From the human T2T-CHM13v2.0 reference genome, Homo sapiens: a DNA stretch of 64,000 bases. The first letter of the stretch is position 1; each line of letters opens with the position of its first letter. The translations under genes and the position numbers were made by a program. The stretch lies in assembly GCF_009914755.1 (NCBI RefSeq), contig NC_060929.1, one strand, 5' to 3'. Shown one piece after another: positions 12,828 through 26,683 of this stretch. The notes under the pieces are model-generated. The model was not told the DNA's origin, ran no database searches, and saw only the letters and a program-made list of their open reading frames with translations.

Positions 12828-15517
12828 CTAGGAGATGAAGTACAAACAGAAACCACTGAGAATGCACCATTGACAATTCAAAGAGGAACATGGTGCTCTG
12901 GTCACTTCGGATCTACAGATACTTTATATTAGCCCCTCTCTTCCCCAGTCCCCATAATCTTAAGTGACAGCTCAAGTTAGTTTTACCTATAGATTCAATC
13001 CTGCATGGGCCCAGAGATGATCCTGAACAGGAGTCCCGTGAGTGCCCATCATCTCCCCTTTCAGCACTGACCCTCAGAAGCACATATGAGCCATTTTGGC
13101 CCTTCCCATGGGGATGGTGATGTCCTGTCCTTGTTGCCTGCCACTTGTTGCCACTTAACACAATGGAGCTTTAAGCTCTCCCTTTCTATTGGCCGCTGCA
13201 CTGTGTAGCCCTGCAAATCAAAAGATTATGACGTGCTCTGATCTGTTCTCTACTCCAAGACCTACTTTCCGGGCCACTGCTGATTCTGTGAGACCTGAGT
13301 CCACTTCAATTGCTTCCCTGTTTGTCACCTAAAATGCAAATCTTCTTGGCCATGCTTCTTCCGTGAACACTCATTCTCATACCTCTCTGGGCTTCTTCTC
13401 CTTAATTCACCTGCTCACTCAGCCCCTACCTCCAAATCCTTTTTATTGTAATCTCAGAAATTCTGACTTCCTGACCTATGAATTATTTTCAGACTCCTCC
13501 TTGGCTATTCTATCTCTTCATGTTAATTCAAGCCTGTACTTGATACTGTTTCCACTGTCATCTCCAGCAGAAGTTCAAAAGGCCACATTCTCACCCCATT
13601 CATGTATGGGAATTGGGAATGATATCTTCCTAGTTTCTCACTGCTGCTTTCATTGGATGACTCCCCATGGTCTTATAACCTGCGAAAACCTTGATGCTCT
13701 GAGGCTCAGCCATCCGGTTTTAATACCTTTAGTCCTCATTATTCTCCTTTATCAAACTCTCTAGCATCATTTGTTGAAGATTTGGGCATCTGAACCACTC
13801 CCACCACAGTCCTGTGATCATTCTCAATGGCCTCAGAATCTGTGTGTTAGTGGAAGAGTGCAGGGAAACAGATGTAGTATTTTTGTAGGCTGAGTTAGTA
13901 CTATCTGGGGTAATTGAGGGAAATCAACATTTTCTTTTTCTTAACAGCTTCCCCAGGCACCTGACTCACTGCTGGAAACATCAAAACTAAAATCCAGCTC
14001 TTTTGATGTTTAGTTAAAATTTGCCTTGCAGAATACGAGCACATGAGAGGTAGAGCTGTTAATATAAGCTCTTAAGCACCTAAAAGCAAAGTAGGTTATC
14101 AAATACTAGTATTTGGGGTTGCAGGTCATAATAGCAGGGATGGGTGTTTTTAGAGCTTGAGGTTCTGATTAGGTGTGATATTGAAATGGAAATCTGAAGG
14201 CATAGATCGCTGAGAAATGAGGCTGGGTAGATGTGAACTGGGCCTGTCTACCTCATTTTTTGTGACAGTTTTGAAGAGATGCATTGTTATTTGGGAGTAA
14301 AAAATTCTTGGTTTGAAGCCCTCATGCTTAGTTTGCATATTCAACCCTAACAAAAAGATGGTTGTTTCAGTCTGGTTGAATAAATATAATTCATTTTTCT
14401 TCTAGTAGGATTGTTTTTATAAGTGGGTTAGTCAAATATTTAGGCCATACTACGAATGTAATGCATTTATAGTGCATGACTCCTTTTCTTAACCATTCTT
14501 TAGGCTCTTATTATTTATAAGTAATAATTAAATTGTATGTGTCCAGTTAATTAACTATAACATAATGAATTAACTATAAACTTAATTTCATTTTTGAGGG
14601 CTATAGATGAATCTTCAAAGATTTGAATGATGAATATTTTTTATGACATTGGTCATGCAGTGATTAAAATATCTGGACTTTATCAATGAATTTCTGTGCA
14701 ATCCTTTTCTTCCCTGCAGTATGTCCAGCTTTTTGCTGCTGGACCTCTATCTGTATGAACTAACAAGCTACTTGATACTGCAGTACCTCATCTCTTAAAC
14801 CTCAGTGTTCCTCTGCTGTGGAGCACAGGAATGAGTATTTCAGTAATGTCTTTAGCTACCCTGATGCGTAAAAGACAGGAGTGTTAGTTGAAAATTTCAC
14901 ATTAGTAAGTAGTGTGGTGAATAATTTTTAACCTCCAATTCAGTGTAGAAGATGACTTCCCAATAAAAGGAGTTTAAAATTATCCTCTTGCATATTAGGA
15001 TATTTTTATTGTTTGATGTTTTCACTGTGTTTATGAAACTCTTTTCACCTTGCACACTGAAGCAATGCCAACTTTTATTCAAGGTTTTAACTTGACTATG
15101 GGACATTGAACAATAGAGAAATAAATCAATGCATGCAAATAAAAGGCAATTTAATTTTGTTTTCTTTTTCTTGAGGGAAAGAAAGTACTATGAAATATTC
15201 AAGTCATTTTTCAAAAATTAACAACAGGGGATATAATTCTTATTGAATAAGGCATAGCAAAAATTAAATCTATACTTTAGTTTCATGTTATGATGAGGTA
15301 AAGGGAGAGAGAATAGGAGGAGAGAAAAGGGAAGAGGCCAGAATACATATTTATCTAGAGAGTTGGGAAAGCCAGGTAAGCACATGAACTGGAGAATTTC
15401 ATTTTCTTGAGAAGTCATTTCTGTCTGGGTGTGCTTCATTTTAACAACAATTAAAATTTTACAGATAAATTATTCCATATAAACTTATTGAATACAAGAA
15501 TATCGAATACATCTTAC

Positions 15518-15754
15518 TGAGAGCTTGTTTGGAGGTTCTAGCAGGGGAGTGCAGCTACTCATATACCCTTGACCTAAGACCAGTCCTCCTCTGTTGGAGG
15601 TGGTCATCCTCTTTGACTGAGCATGCAGCTTTGGAGGGACACACATAAAGTGGTGAGGGAGGAAGGGGACACCCATCCAGCCAGCCAGATCAGCCAAATC
15701 AACCCTGGCGATCAAAGAAGTGACAGATGTCACAGCTAGATCATCCTCACATCC
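15518..15754 (-). pseudogene. 7SK snRNA retropseudogene, 3'-truncated and tailless (RN7SKP-type)
   Basis: Minus strand reads GGATGTGAGG...GATCGCCAGGGTTGAT...GAACCTCCAAACAAGCTCTCA, i.e. 7SK nt 1 to ~240. TSD GAATACATCTTACTGA at 15505-15520 and 15756-15771. Confidence 0.93.
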
Positions 15755-16954
15755 AGAATACATCTTACTGAATATATATACACACATATATATGCATATA
15801 TAGACACACTGTCAATACATGCATACAGTGTATGTGTGTGTATGTATGTACTGTGTGCATGCATGTATATATGGATATGCATGGGTATTTATTTGGAATT
15901 TCCTATCACATCCCAAACTCCTTTTCTTTCCTTCATTATATGTAACTGTCAGTCTCTACCTCTACAGAGAAAGAGATGGAATGTGAGAAGGTTTCCGTAG
16001 GAAAGTATAGCTCATCACTCTTCATTTTGGTGATGGGGCTTTAACTAATAGTTGATTAAAGATTCACCCAGTTCTCAACTGACCTGATCCCTAAGCATTT
16101 AGGGGCTCTGCTCTGAATGCATGAGGATTATACTCATCAAGTGGGAAATTATTTTCTGGGCTATAGCAGAAGTGACCAGAATAATTTCTTCTGAGGGTGA
16201 GACAAAACCAAGTCAAGAGCAGAGATTTCCCCTAATTACTTCTGCTCAGCATTAGTGTTGATACTATTTGCAGTAGCAGAAGACATCAAATTCACATGCA
16301 AGAGTTACTCCAGTGGAAAGGATAACTGAAAGGAAACATAAAGCATGCAGGCAGTGTGGAAAGCCTACAATAACGCAAATCTTTTGCATTTAGTTTCAGG
16401 TTTCATCACCAGTAAGTGCTCATCTGGCCCACTCTAGCTTAGTCGCTTGTCAAGTTTTTAACTTTTCTTTCATCATATGTTTCATCTTGGCTTGTAGTTA
16501 AAATTATTACAGGAAAAAATTGCTATTTAATTCGTTATAAGGTATTGCTTTATGAAATTATATCCTATAAAAATGTTATTCATAAATTATCTTTTAGAAT
16601 TTAGTGCCAGTACAAAGTTGGTTTCCCTTGAGATATTGGCATGCATCTTCCTCTTTGGGTAACCACTACTGTGTAAGCTTATGATGTTCCCAGATGTTAG
16701 GAAATTTAGAGACAAATATGATGCCTAAAATCACAGTGGTTAAGCATACTTATTTTTCTTTATTTTTTGGTCTTAGTTTTCTATTTTTGTTTTATTTATT
16801 TGAATGTGTATTTTTTATCATTCTTCATATCATTTTGGAAATAAAGCAGGATCTAAATAAAGTCAAAGCAGAATAATTAAAATGATAGAGTAAGAGAAAA
16901 ATGTATTGCATGCTATCATACCAGTTAAAAAGAGTGAGGACTGAAGAAAGTTAC

Positions 16955-17195
16955 CTGAGTTCTTTAGTTCCTCACTGCTAAACTGATAGAGAAGGTCATA
17001 CACGCCTCCCAGGGAGCCAGAGGTGAAGTAATGAGTCCCAAAGTCATCGAATATTCGGCTGTACAAAGCAGAGTTGTATTCTAGAGGCAGATGGTTAAGT
17101 GCTTTCAAAAAGACATCAGAAAGGTGCAGATCTTTAGCTTTCGTTGTGAAGTTTAAGACTTTCATCACTTTATGGATCCTAATAAAACTAGAATC
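16955..17195 (-). CDS. C6: C6 exon 8 (MACPF: DSSFIRIHKVMKV...FDDFGTHY...ELKNS)
   Basis: Acceptor ttag|GATT at 17195, donor CAG|gtaact at 16955; 241 nt; contains the MACPF signature FGTHYFTSGSLGG. Confidence 0.97.
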
Positions 17196-18920
17196 CTAAA
17201 TGGAAGAAAGAAGTAAAAAGATGATTAAAGGTAATGAAAGTTTGAAGTACCTAGCATTTAAATGTCATTGATTTATCATTAGTTTCATTCCCACCACAGA
17301 ATTACAATAATTCTCACTCTCTATTGCATGTTCTCACGTACAAAATTATAATTTTCATTTTGCTTTCCAATACCAATGTCCAATGTGCAAAACAGGTAAG
17401 ATTATCTCAATAATGTAAACTGTGTAATGGGGGCACGTGTTCTCTAAGAAAGAAGAAATCAGTGATCAAAAAAGTCATCTTTCTCTCCTGATTGCCAATC
17501 ATGGCTGCATTTCTACTGAGTTTTTATTTAGAATATTTGCTAATGTGAATAATTGAAAAAGAATTGTGTGCATTTTGAACTGGAAGTTATGCAACTGAGA
17601 TGGAGGTTATGCAAGTGAGATTCAAGTTACAGCTTTGTCATTCTGGAAAAAGCGTTTCGATTCTCTAGACTTCAGTTGTCAAATGATAAGATGAGGGCTT
17701 GCACCTGGTAACACTTCACATCTCCTTTCAACTCCAAAATGCTGATTCTAAATTACTTAGTGGGTGAAATTAAGTAAAATTATTTATATTCTCTCTCCTC
17801 CACCCATATGCAGAAATATATGAGTTTTTTTGTTTACAAACTTATTTATTTATCATTTCTTTTTATGTCAGGTTAATTGAGAATTAGCTGGTCAATATTA
17901 TGCTTAAAATCTCATTTCCTCAGATTATCTTTCTACATAGCCACTGAGGTTTATAAGTGTATTTATGTACATTGTTTTAAAAAAAATTTATATACTTTAT
18001 CTGATCTCTCAATTTTAACAAATTGTAGTAATAGTAACAGAGTAAGGACCATGTTTTAGCAAAATAACTGTATTATAACTGTTAATTATTAACCGTATTC
18101 CTCTTTGCTATAAGTATGGCAAAAGATGACTGCTGACACAAAAGAAAAAAAATAATCCCAAGGATTGAAAAAGAATCAGCATTAATCTCCCTTCTGTCTT
18201 TCCTTTTCCCTGTCCCTCTCTTCCTTTATTCTACCTTCTGGCCTTCTATACATTCATTGCCTACCTATCTGAGATGCTGTAGATACAGAAGTGAAGAAGG
18301 CAGACAAAGTTCGTGCCTTTGTGGAACTTCCATTTTAGTAAGTGCTCATTAATTCTATTTTTAAGTTTAATACTTGAATTTTGTCAGAGAACCATAGTTT
18401 TCAAAAGTTGGAGAGCCCTTGTGCTTTTAATAAGAAGCACACTCACTCCCTGAGTATCTGAACTGCCCTTTCTGGAAGGTTCAATATTTCCAGGTTTCTT
18501 TAAGGTCTCAGTCGTGGAAAATACAAGTTAAACTTTGGTAGCTCAACTTAGCACAATAACCTCCATGGTGTTCTACTTGCTGGTTCATGATACCTGAAAC
18601 TGGCTATTTTAGATTAAAAAAATACATTACTATAGGTTATTAAACCACATATAATCTATTTCAACAATGTGTGAGGTCCTGCTTTATTTTAATAATATTA
18701 TTGTGGTTTCCATTTTGTAAAGTATATCAAGAAAATACTGAACCTGACTGAGTTATCTGGTATTTTGCTTGGAAACAGACTGTTTGTCCAACAAATGTCT
18801 AGTTTGATCTGTGAATGACGAAACAACTAAAGCTTTATGCTCTACTGAAAGACTTGGATTGATTTTCAATTTTGTGGTATCTTGTTTTCTCTACTTGAAG
18901 ACTAAGAGAGGCTTCAGTAG

Positions 18921-19289
<369 letters not shown>

Positions 19290-19311
19290 TAATCAAAGAT
19301 GACAGTAATGA

Positions 19312-19625
<314 letters not shown>

Positions 19626-21833
19626 TGAGGCTAACAATTTTGTAAATCAAAAATGGTTGAATAACAGTAGTTTAATATGTTCCAACCTGATATTGTGAAT
19701 AGCTCTAAATTTTTTAACTTTGGGACAGACTATTAGGAGATCAAACAATAGCTGTTTATCTACATATAAGGGTTTTACAAACGTTCTCTAGCATGTTTGA
19801 AATACATATAAATCACATACGTGAAGCAAGACATAGGACTGTACCTATGTCTCATACAAACATGTCTATCTATCTCCCTTCATCATTGACTATGTTTATA
19901 AGCAGTTATTTCCAATCCTGCATGCTATATTATACTGAGCTAGGGAGCTAAAAATAAAAAAGGCCATATTCCCATGCCCAATCCCAGGTATTCTGAATTA
20001 GTAGATTAAGGGAAAGTGCTAGAGATGTGTATTTTTACTTACAAGAAATTCTGATACTATCTTGTCTTACAAAGATAATTTGTTAAGTTTGGAGGGCTCT
20101 ATAGGACCCACAGCCCATTCTAAACTAAGTTATATATATATAAAATATATGTTATATTATATATATAAATTATATATAGTTATATATAATTTATACATAA
20201 AATGAATCTATTTCATTGTCATTTTTACATGTCTGTGTCACCAGAACTGTGTTCTTTCTGTATTTTGCTAAAATTATGAATAAATAAATGAATGAATAAA
20301 GAGTCAAATATCTTGAAGTGTAATACAATGAATAAGAAAAGTAAGCAAAAATAAGACAAACAGATTTCAGTTCCCAACTCTAGCATTTATTTACTGTAAG
20401 ATCACTGGAAGTCACTTAGCTTCTTGGACTTTAGTTAGTGCCTGACTCATGGTAGGTATTTGATAAATGTTCGTTGAATTAAAAATGCATATATGAATTT
20501 CAATCTATTCATCTGCAAAATGATGTTTAAATATTGACTCTGATAATCTCTTAGAATTTTTTTGAGGATAAATGAAATACTTGGGAAAACTATCCACACA
20601 GTGCTTTAGGTCTTATATTTGTATAAGTGCATAAATGGTTGACTAAATAAAAGTAGAAGAGCAATACGATAAAAGTAGGAGCAACCGTAATATGGTGGCC
20701 TCCAGTTGCTGATCTCATTAACTCTGACATTGGTACCTCTATTTCCTCCCTCTCTAGTTCCATGATTCAGGGCTCATTCTCCTCATTCATCTCTTGGGAA
20801 AGAGCAAATGCTACTTAGAGTGGTGGTTGTAGTGAGCAATAGACAGTATTTTAAAATATCTTTGTAAATGTCTAAAAATTGCAGATAGAAATGTGTCTTC
20901 TAAATCATTTAAACACTGTGAGACATATCTAAGAGATTTAAAATGAAAATAATAGGAGAAAAAGGAACACATGAAGCTGTAGCTTTGTATATTAAAAGGG
21001 TTCTCTAAGTCCCTGGCAAGATTAACAGGAAAAGTCCAATACTTAGACATACCCTAAGTTCCAAGTGCAAAAAAGAATTGTAACTTTTCAAGCAGGGAAA
21101 AGAAAATGAAAAAATTTGCTCTGAATATGATTGTTCTTATACAGCAATGGAAATTAGAAGACAATTGAATAACATCTACTATCAAGAGAAGAAGATTATG
21201 ATACAGTCAGGATATTCTTTATATTTATTGCTCAGGGAAAAGGCAGGCAATGTTAGATACAAAAGATTTAGAGAATATACCTTGCATGTGTCCTATATGA
21301 GGAATTAAAAAAAAAAAAAAGGCAACTGAATGAGAACAGGGATCTCAAGAAAAGGAATATAAGAGGAAAAAAATGGAGATAGGTAAATGTGCGTGTGTTT
21401 ACATAAATGTAGCAAAATACACATTTTGTTATATTTTATATATGTATTTGTATATGTGTACAAATATATACATCTATACAAATATGTATATAACATATAA
21501 CAAAAATATAAAATACAGATTGTCATATTACATGAAAGGTCAAAGTTCTGTTGTATGGAGTTTATAAGAAGCACACCTACAACAATATGAAAAAAAAGTG
21601 AAGATAAAAAACATAACAATAACAGTCAAATGCATGCAAAATGGAACCATTAATATACATAATATTTCTATAACTTTTGAAGTGAGATATAACAAAAAAT
21701 GGAAAAATTACTTAAATCTGTATTAGAAGTCATACTGGTACAATATCAAAACTCTCCCCTTCTTATTGCATGATTACTGGAATTACTGTTAATTTTCAAG
21801 AAAGAATAAAAGGTTGGAAACCATTTTTGATAC

Positions 21834-22034
21834 CTTTTTGTGAGAGGCTTGAATGGCTTGTTTGAAGGCAGAATTATGGTTGATATTTTCACTTCTCTTT
21901 GAGGAATAAAAAATTGGTACACTGAAAGAGCTCCCCCCCTGACTTGAGAATGAGCCTTGTTGATTTTCATTGTGTCCAAGAGAAGTTAAATCCTTGTAGA
22001 AATCTGTTTTCAAGTCATCTTCTGCAGTTTGTAC
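21834..22034 (-). CDS. C6: C6 exon 7 (MACPF: VQTAEDDLKTDFYK...ASHKK)
   Basis: Acceptor ccag|GTAC at 22034, donor AAG|gtatca at 21834; 201 nt. Confidence 0.97.
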
Positions 22035-23483
22035 CTGGAGAAAAATCCATGTAAAATAAAATATAATTTAGGAAATACTGGAGCGACTTGTGGATATCTA
22101 ATGAAATGATGATTTATTTATTTATGCACTCAGCCAGTATTTATTGAGGACACATTTTGCTAGAGAACAAAGAATAGTGTTATTTCCTGCACTGAGGGGT
22201 TAATAGTTTAGTTAGAGAGAAAGATAATCACCAACACTTAATGAGGTAAGTACTGTGTGACCAGTGGAATCCCACAGGAAATATAAGACCCTGAGAGGCA
22301 ATATCAGGAAACCCTCCCTCAAGGAAATGCCACCTAAGCTGAGACTTAACAGGGTGATAAACAATGAAGGTTATTTTTAGCATGTCTGTGATTTTGATGC
22401 AGTGTGCAGTCTAACTAAGATACTTTTCAGTTCTGACAACTGGGCTTGTTCTTTATAACCAAGTCCCACCTTGTTTTATACTTTTTCAAGAGACGAGTCT
22501 GACTTCGGGATCACAGTTTCTGAGGTTGGGTTCCCATTGCCTGCTACCAAAGCTCCCAGTGCTGATCAACTCTTGATTGACCTTTGTGTTAGTCATTACG
22601 CTGTTTACAACTACTCTAGTCTCTTTCTGGGCACATAAAAAGCATGCATTTCCCTACTCTTTTTGGCCAATAAAATGTAAATATAAATGGTATCTGTCAC
22701 TTTAAGAGTTGATGGGCAATATGTCACTTCCCCCCGTCCCTTTTTTTTTTTTTGCAATTCATCATCACACCAGTCAGGATGTGTCAAAGCAGGATCCCTT
22801 AAGTCCCTTGCTTTCTAAGTGACTATTATCAGTAGAACGTACAGTATGAGTGGCACTGTTTTAAGACACTGACATCTTAGTATTGATATTGCAGTGTAAC
22901 CTAACTTGTCTTGATTAAAATGCTGAGTCTGGTGTCTGTATTCCATCATCTGTCCTGTAGTTATTCTAAGGTCTTCTAACTCCCTGCCCAGTTGCCTTCT
23001 CTTCCTTTCATGAGTCTCTTTAATCTTTGTATACCAGCCAGCCAATTATTTCATCTATCTTCATAAGCTACAATACTACAAAAGAAGGGAAGTGAGATGC
23101 CTGCTGAATTTCTCCTCCTCTATTGTTTTCAATAAGGTATAGCTTAGGTTTGCATAGCTGCCTGCTAAAAGCATGCCTAAAGAATGAAGTTATACAGAGA
23201 TCAGTTAAAAGAAAACCAATAGCTTGTGACCTTGACTCTAGTCATTCCCAAATTTTTGTTTGAAGAAATACCACTATGACCTTCTTCAGCCATATCACTA
23301 TGACTTCAGCCATACCACTATGGCAGAGTTAAAGATTAGCTCAGGTAGCTTCATAAGGTTGGACAAGTCTTAGAGCTACATTGATAAGGAAATGAGTTTA
23401 ATCTGCTGTAAAAGAATTTTCAGGCTGTATTTCCTCATGTAACTTGTTATCCAGGCTTGTGTTATCAAGCTTTGTGGGTTAAC

Positions 23484-24714
23484 CCAGTGATCTGTTAGTA
23501 AATGTTTAACAACTAGCTCTCTGGGAAGGGGAAGAAAGCCCTGATTTGCTATAGCATTTTTCTTTTCCATTGTGCATATATTCCTACCATGGCTGATTTC
23601 AAGCTACCTATGTGATGCCCTGAATTCATATTGGGAAGAGATGCACAGTGGCAAATTACAAAGTATTTTCATAATACAGATCCAATAGATGTAAATAACC
23701 CCAATAGCATGGATAATGGTAAAATGTAGCCAAATAATTGAAAAGTGATCAATTTTGAGCAATTATAACCTTTGTTTTTAATGTGTTTACCTGTGAGATA
23801 ATATATTTGATATTTAATAATGGCTGTGTTTTGACCAACAAATATATGAAAAAATGCTCATCATCAATAATCATCAGAGAAATGCAAATCAAAGCCACAG
23901 TGAGATGCCATCTCACACAAGTCAGGATGACTAGTATTAAAAAGTCAAAAAAACAACAGATGTTGGCAAGGCTGTGGAGAAAAGGAATGCTAATACACTG
24001 TTGGTGAGAATGTAAATTAGTTCAGCCACTGTGGAAAGCAGTTTGGATATTTCTCAAAGAACTTAAAACAGAACCACCATTTGACCCAGCAATCTCATTC
24101 CTGGGTACATATCCAAAAGAAAACAAATTGTTCTACCAAAAAGACACATGCACTTGCATGTTTATCGCAGTACTATTCACAATAGCAAAGGCATAGAATT
24201 AACCTAGGTGCCAATCAGCAGTGGATTGGATAAAGATAATGTGGTACATATGTGCCATGGAATACTAGCAGCCATAAAAAGAATGAAATCATGTCCTTTG
24301 CAGCAACATGGATACAGCTGGAGACCATTATCCTAAGCAAATTAACACAGGAACAGAAAAACAAATACTACATGTTTTCACTTATAAGTGAGAGCTAAAC
24401 ATCGGGCACTCATGGACATAAAGATGGCAACAACAGACACTGGGGTCTACTAGGGGGGGAAGGGAGGGAGGGGCAAGAGTCGAAAAACTGTTGGGTACTC
24501 TGCTCAGTACCTGGGTAAAGGGATCATTTGTACCCCCAACCTCAGCATCACACAATAAAGCCAGGTGACAAACTCGCATATGTATTCCCTGAATCTAAAA
24601 TGAAAGTTGAAAAAGAAAAAAAAAAATCTATGTTTCACAATTGGATTCCAAAATTCCTGAAAAGTTAACAGTTGACTCTTGTGAACTCAAAGAGCTGGGT
24701 CCAGCACATCATTG
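23484..24714 (-). mobile_element. MER63 (hAT-Blackjack) element split by an L1 3' fragment
   Basis: Termini CCAGTGATCTGTTAGTAAATGTTTAAC and CCAGCACATCATTG; internal GCTGATTTCAAGCTACC. Halves ~23484-23830 and ~24629-24714. Confidence 0.72.
23831..24627 (+). mobile_element. L1 3' fragment (old L1PA/L1PB) with polyA
   Basis: ORF2 C-terminal remnant (REMQIKATVRCHLT) and 3'UTR ending GAATCTAAAATGAAAGTTGAAAA; CTGTGTTT/CTATGTTT TSD-like. Confidence 0.88.
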
Positions 24715-24850
24715 TCTAACTTCAAGGGGGATACATTTTAACTGATAGTTTATGAAGGTGCTCAGACTTTTAACCCACTGTGTGGAGTTTTAATGTCTTT
24801 CTTGATATACTACAAATGTCTCATCTAACATAGGCCGCCTCCGACTATAA

Positions 24851-25247
<397 letters not shown>

Positions 25248-26544
25248 TAAGCCTAAATTTTCTGTTAGTAATGTGGATGTAAACAATTTTCTACCTTTCT
25301 GGGGAGGTTGTTATGGGAATCAAGTAAAGCAATATATGAAAGTACTTTGAAGACTCTAAGGTATCATATGAGTATGAAGTGTTATCTAAGCCTCAATTTG
25401 CTCCAGCCTCATATACTTCCTTTATTTTGTTACTTGTAAAACTACATGAAATAGATGTTTGCTGAAAATACAGGCAATATCCTTTTGTGAAATGACCATA
25501 TTTTGAAAGTAAACTTGTGGATTGGTTGTTTTGGAACTGGAAAGCAACTTCCATCAGAACAATATTACATATAAATGTTTAGGTTTTAGCTCTGTCTACA
25601 AAGCCTGTTCAAATACAATATATCTTAAGAGCAGTATTATCAGTCTTCCCAGAGGTATTCAAATTTGACGGTTAGTTCCCAAAGACATTCCCCACCTATC
25701 AGTATATATTAGATGGTTTTAAATTGAGTGAATTGAATTGGAAAATGCCTGTATTTATATGTATATAAAGGTCTTTTTAAAGGAAGGATTAAATGAGTTT
25801 TTGCTGAACTCATATTACCCATAAAGTGGTTCTCAGAAATAATTACAACTCTGAAATTCTCTCTAGCTTGTCAAATTTCTATGCATGAACGTCACCATTA
25901 AAACGTGTATTTTCTGTTCTTATCACAATTTAAAAGAAGCAGATTACTCACTTTAGTGCAACGAGTATGGAGCACTTACGTGTAAAGCATGAGTTAGATT
26001 CTGAGAGTAGGTAGTATGCTGCTCATTATAATTTACTAAAAGAAACAAATAAACCAAACCAACTAATAAAATAGGAAGAAAAGTAAGCAGAACTATCTCA
26101 TTAGACTGACTCATCATGATTTTTCTTATGAGCCTGGCACTTTAAAAAAAAAGTCTATTTTTTGTGGTTATCTAAGAGCACTACCTAGGTTAGGAGAAAA
26201 TTCTGAAGAAATCAAACTGTTTATCTGTGTGGAGCTATTTTAGAGCTGAATATTCAATGGAGAAAGCATGGACTCGAATCAGGAAAACCTGGCCCTGAAT
26301 CTTGAATTCACTTCTTGCTAGCTGTTTGACTTCTGGAAAATTAGTTACCTTAGTTTTTTCATCTGTAAATTGATAACACTGGCCTCATTGTGTGTGCATG
26401 GATAAAATACAAACACATAACACGTGATTAAAATGGTTCACCACCTTTTTATTCTGTCCCTTCATTCATCACTAATTTTGCATGAGAAATTTAGCTTATA
26501 ATCACTGACGGTGTTGGAGTTGCCACCATGCTAGGCTGTCATAC

Positions 26545-26683
26545 CTCAAAGCCGACATTTTCCAGATTGGCCGGAACACGGTATGGATTACTTGTCCTAC
26601 TGCTTTTGACAGTTTTACATATTCCTCCAGTGAAAGAGTTATCAAGGACTTCTCCTCTGGGCTCTCCTGCCAGAAAATGAAAC
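26545..26683 (-). CDS. C6: C6 exon 6 (MACPF start: FHFLAGEPRGEVLDNSFTGG...NVGFE)
   Basis: Acceptor ctag|GTTT at 26683, donor GAG|gtatga at 26545; 139 nt. Confidence 0.97.

Noticed and set aside
15485-15787. 100-aa minus-strand ORF
   Set aside because: It is a chance reading frame across the 7SK pseudogene.
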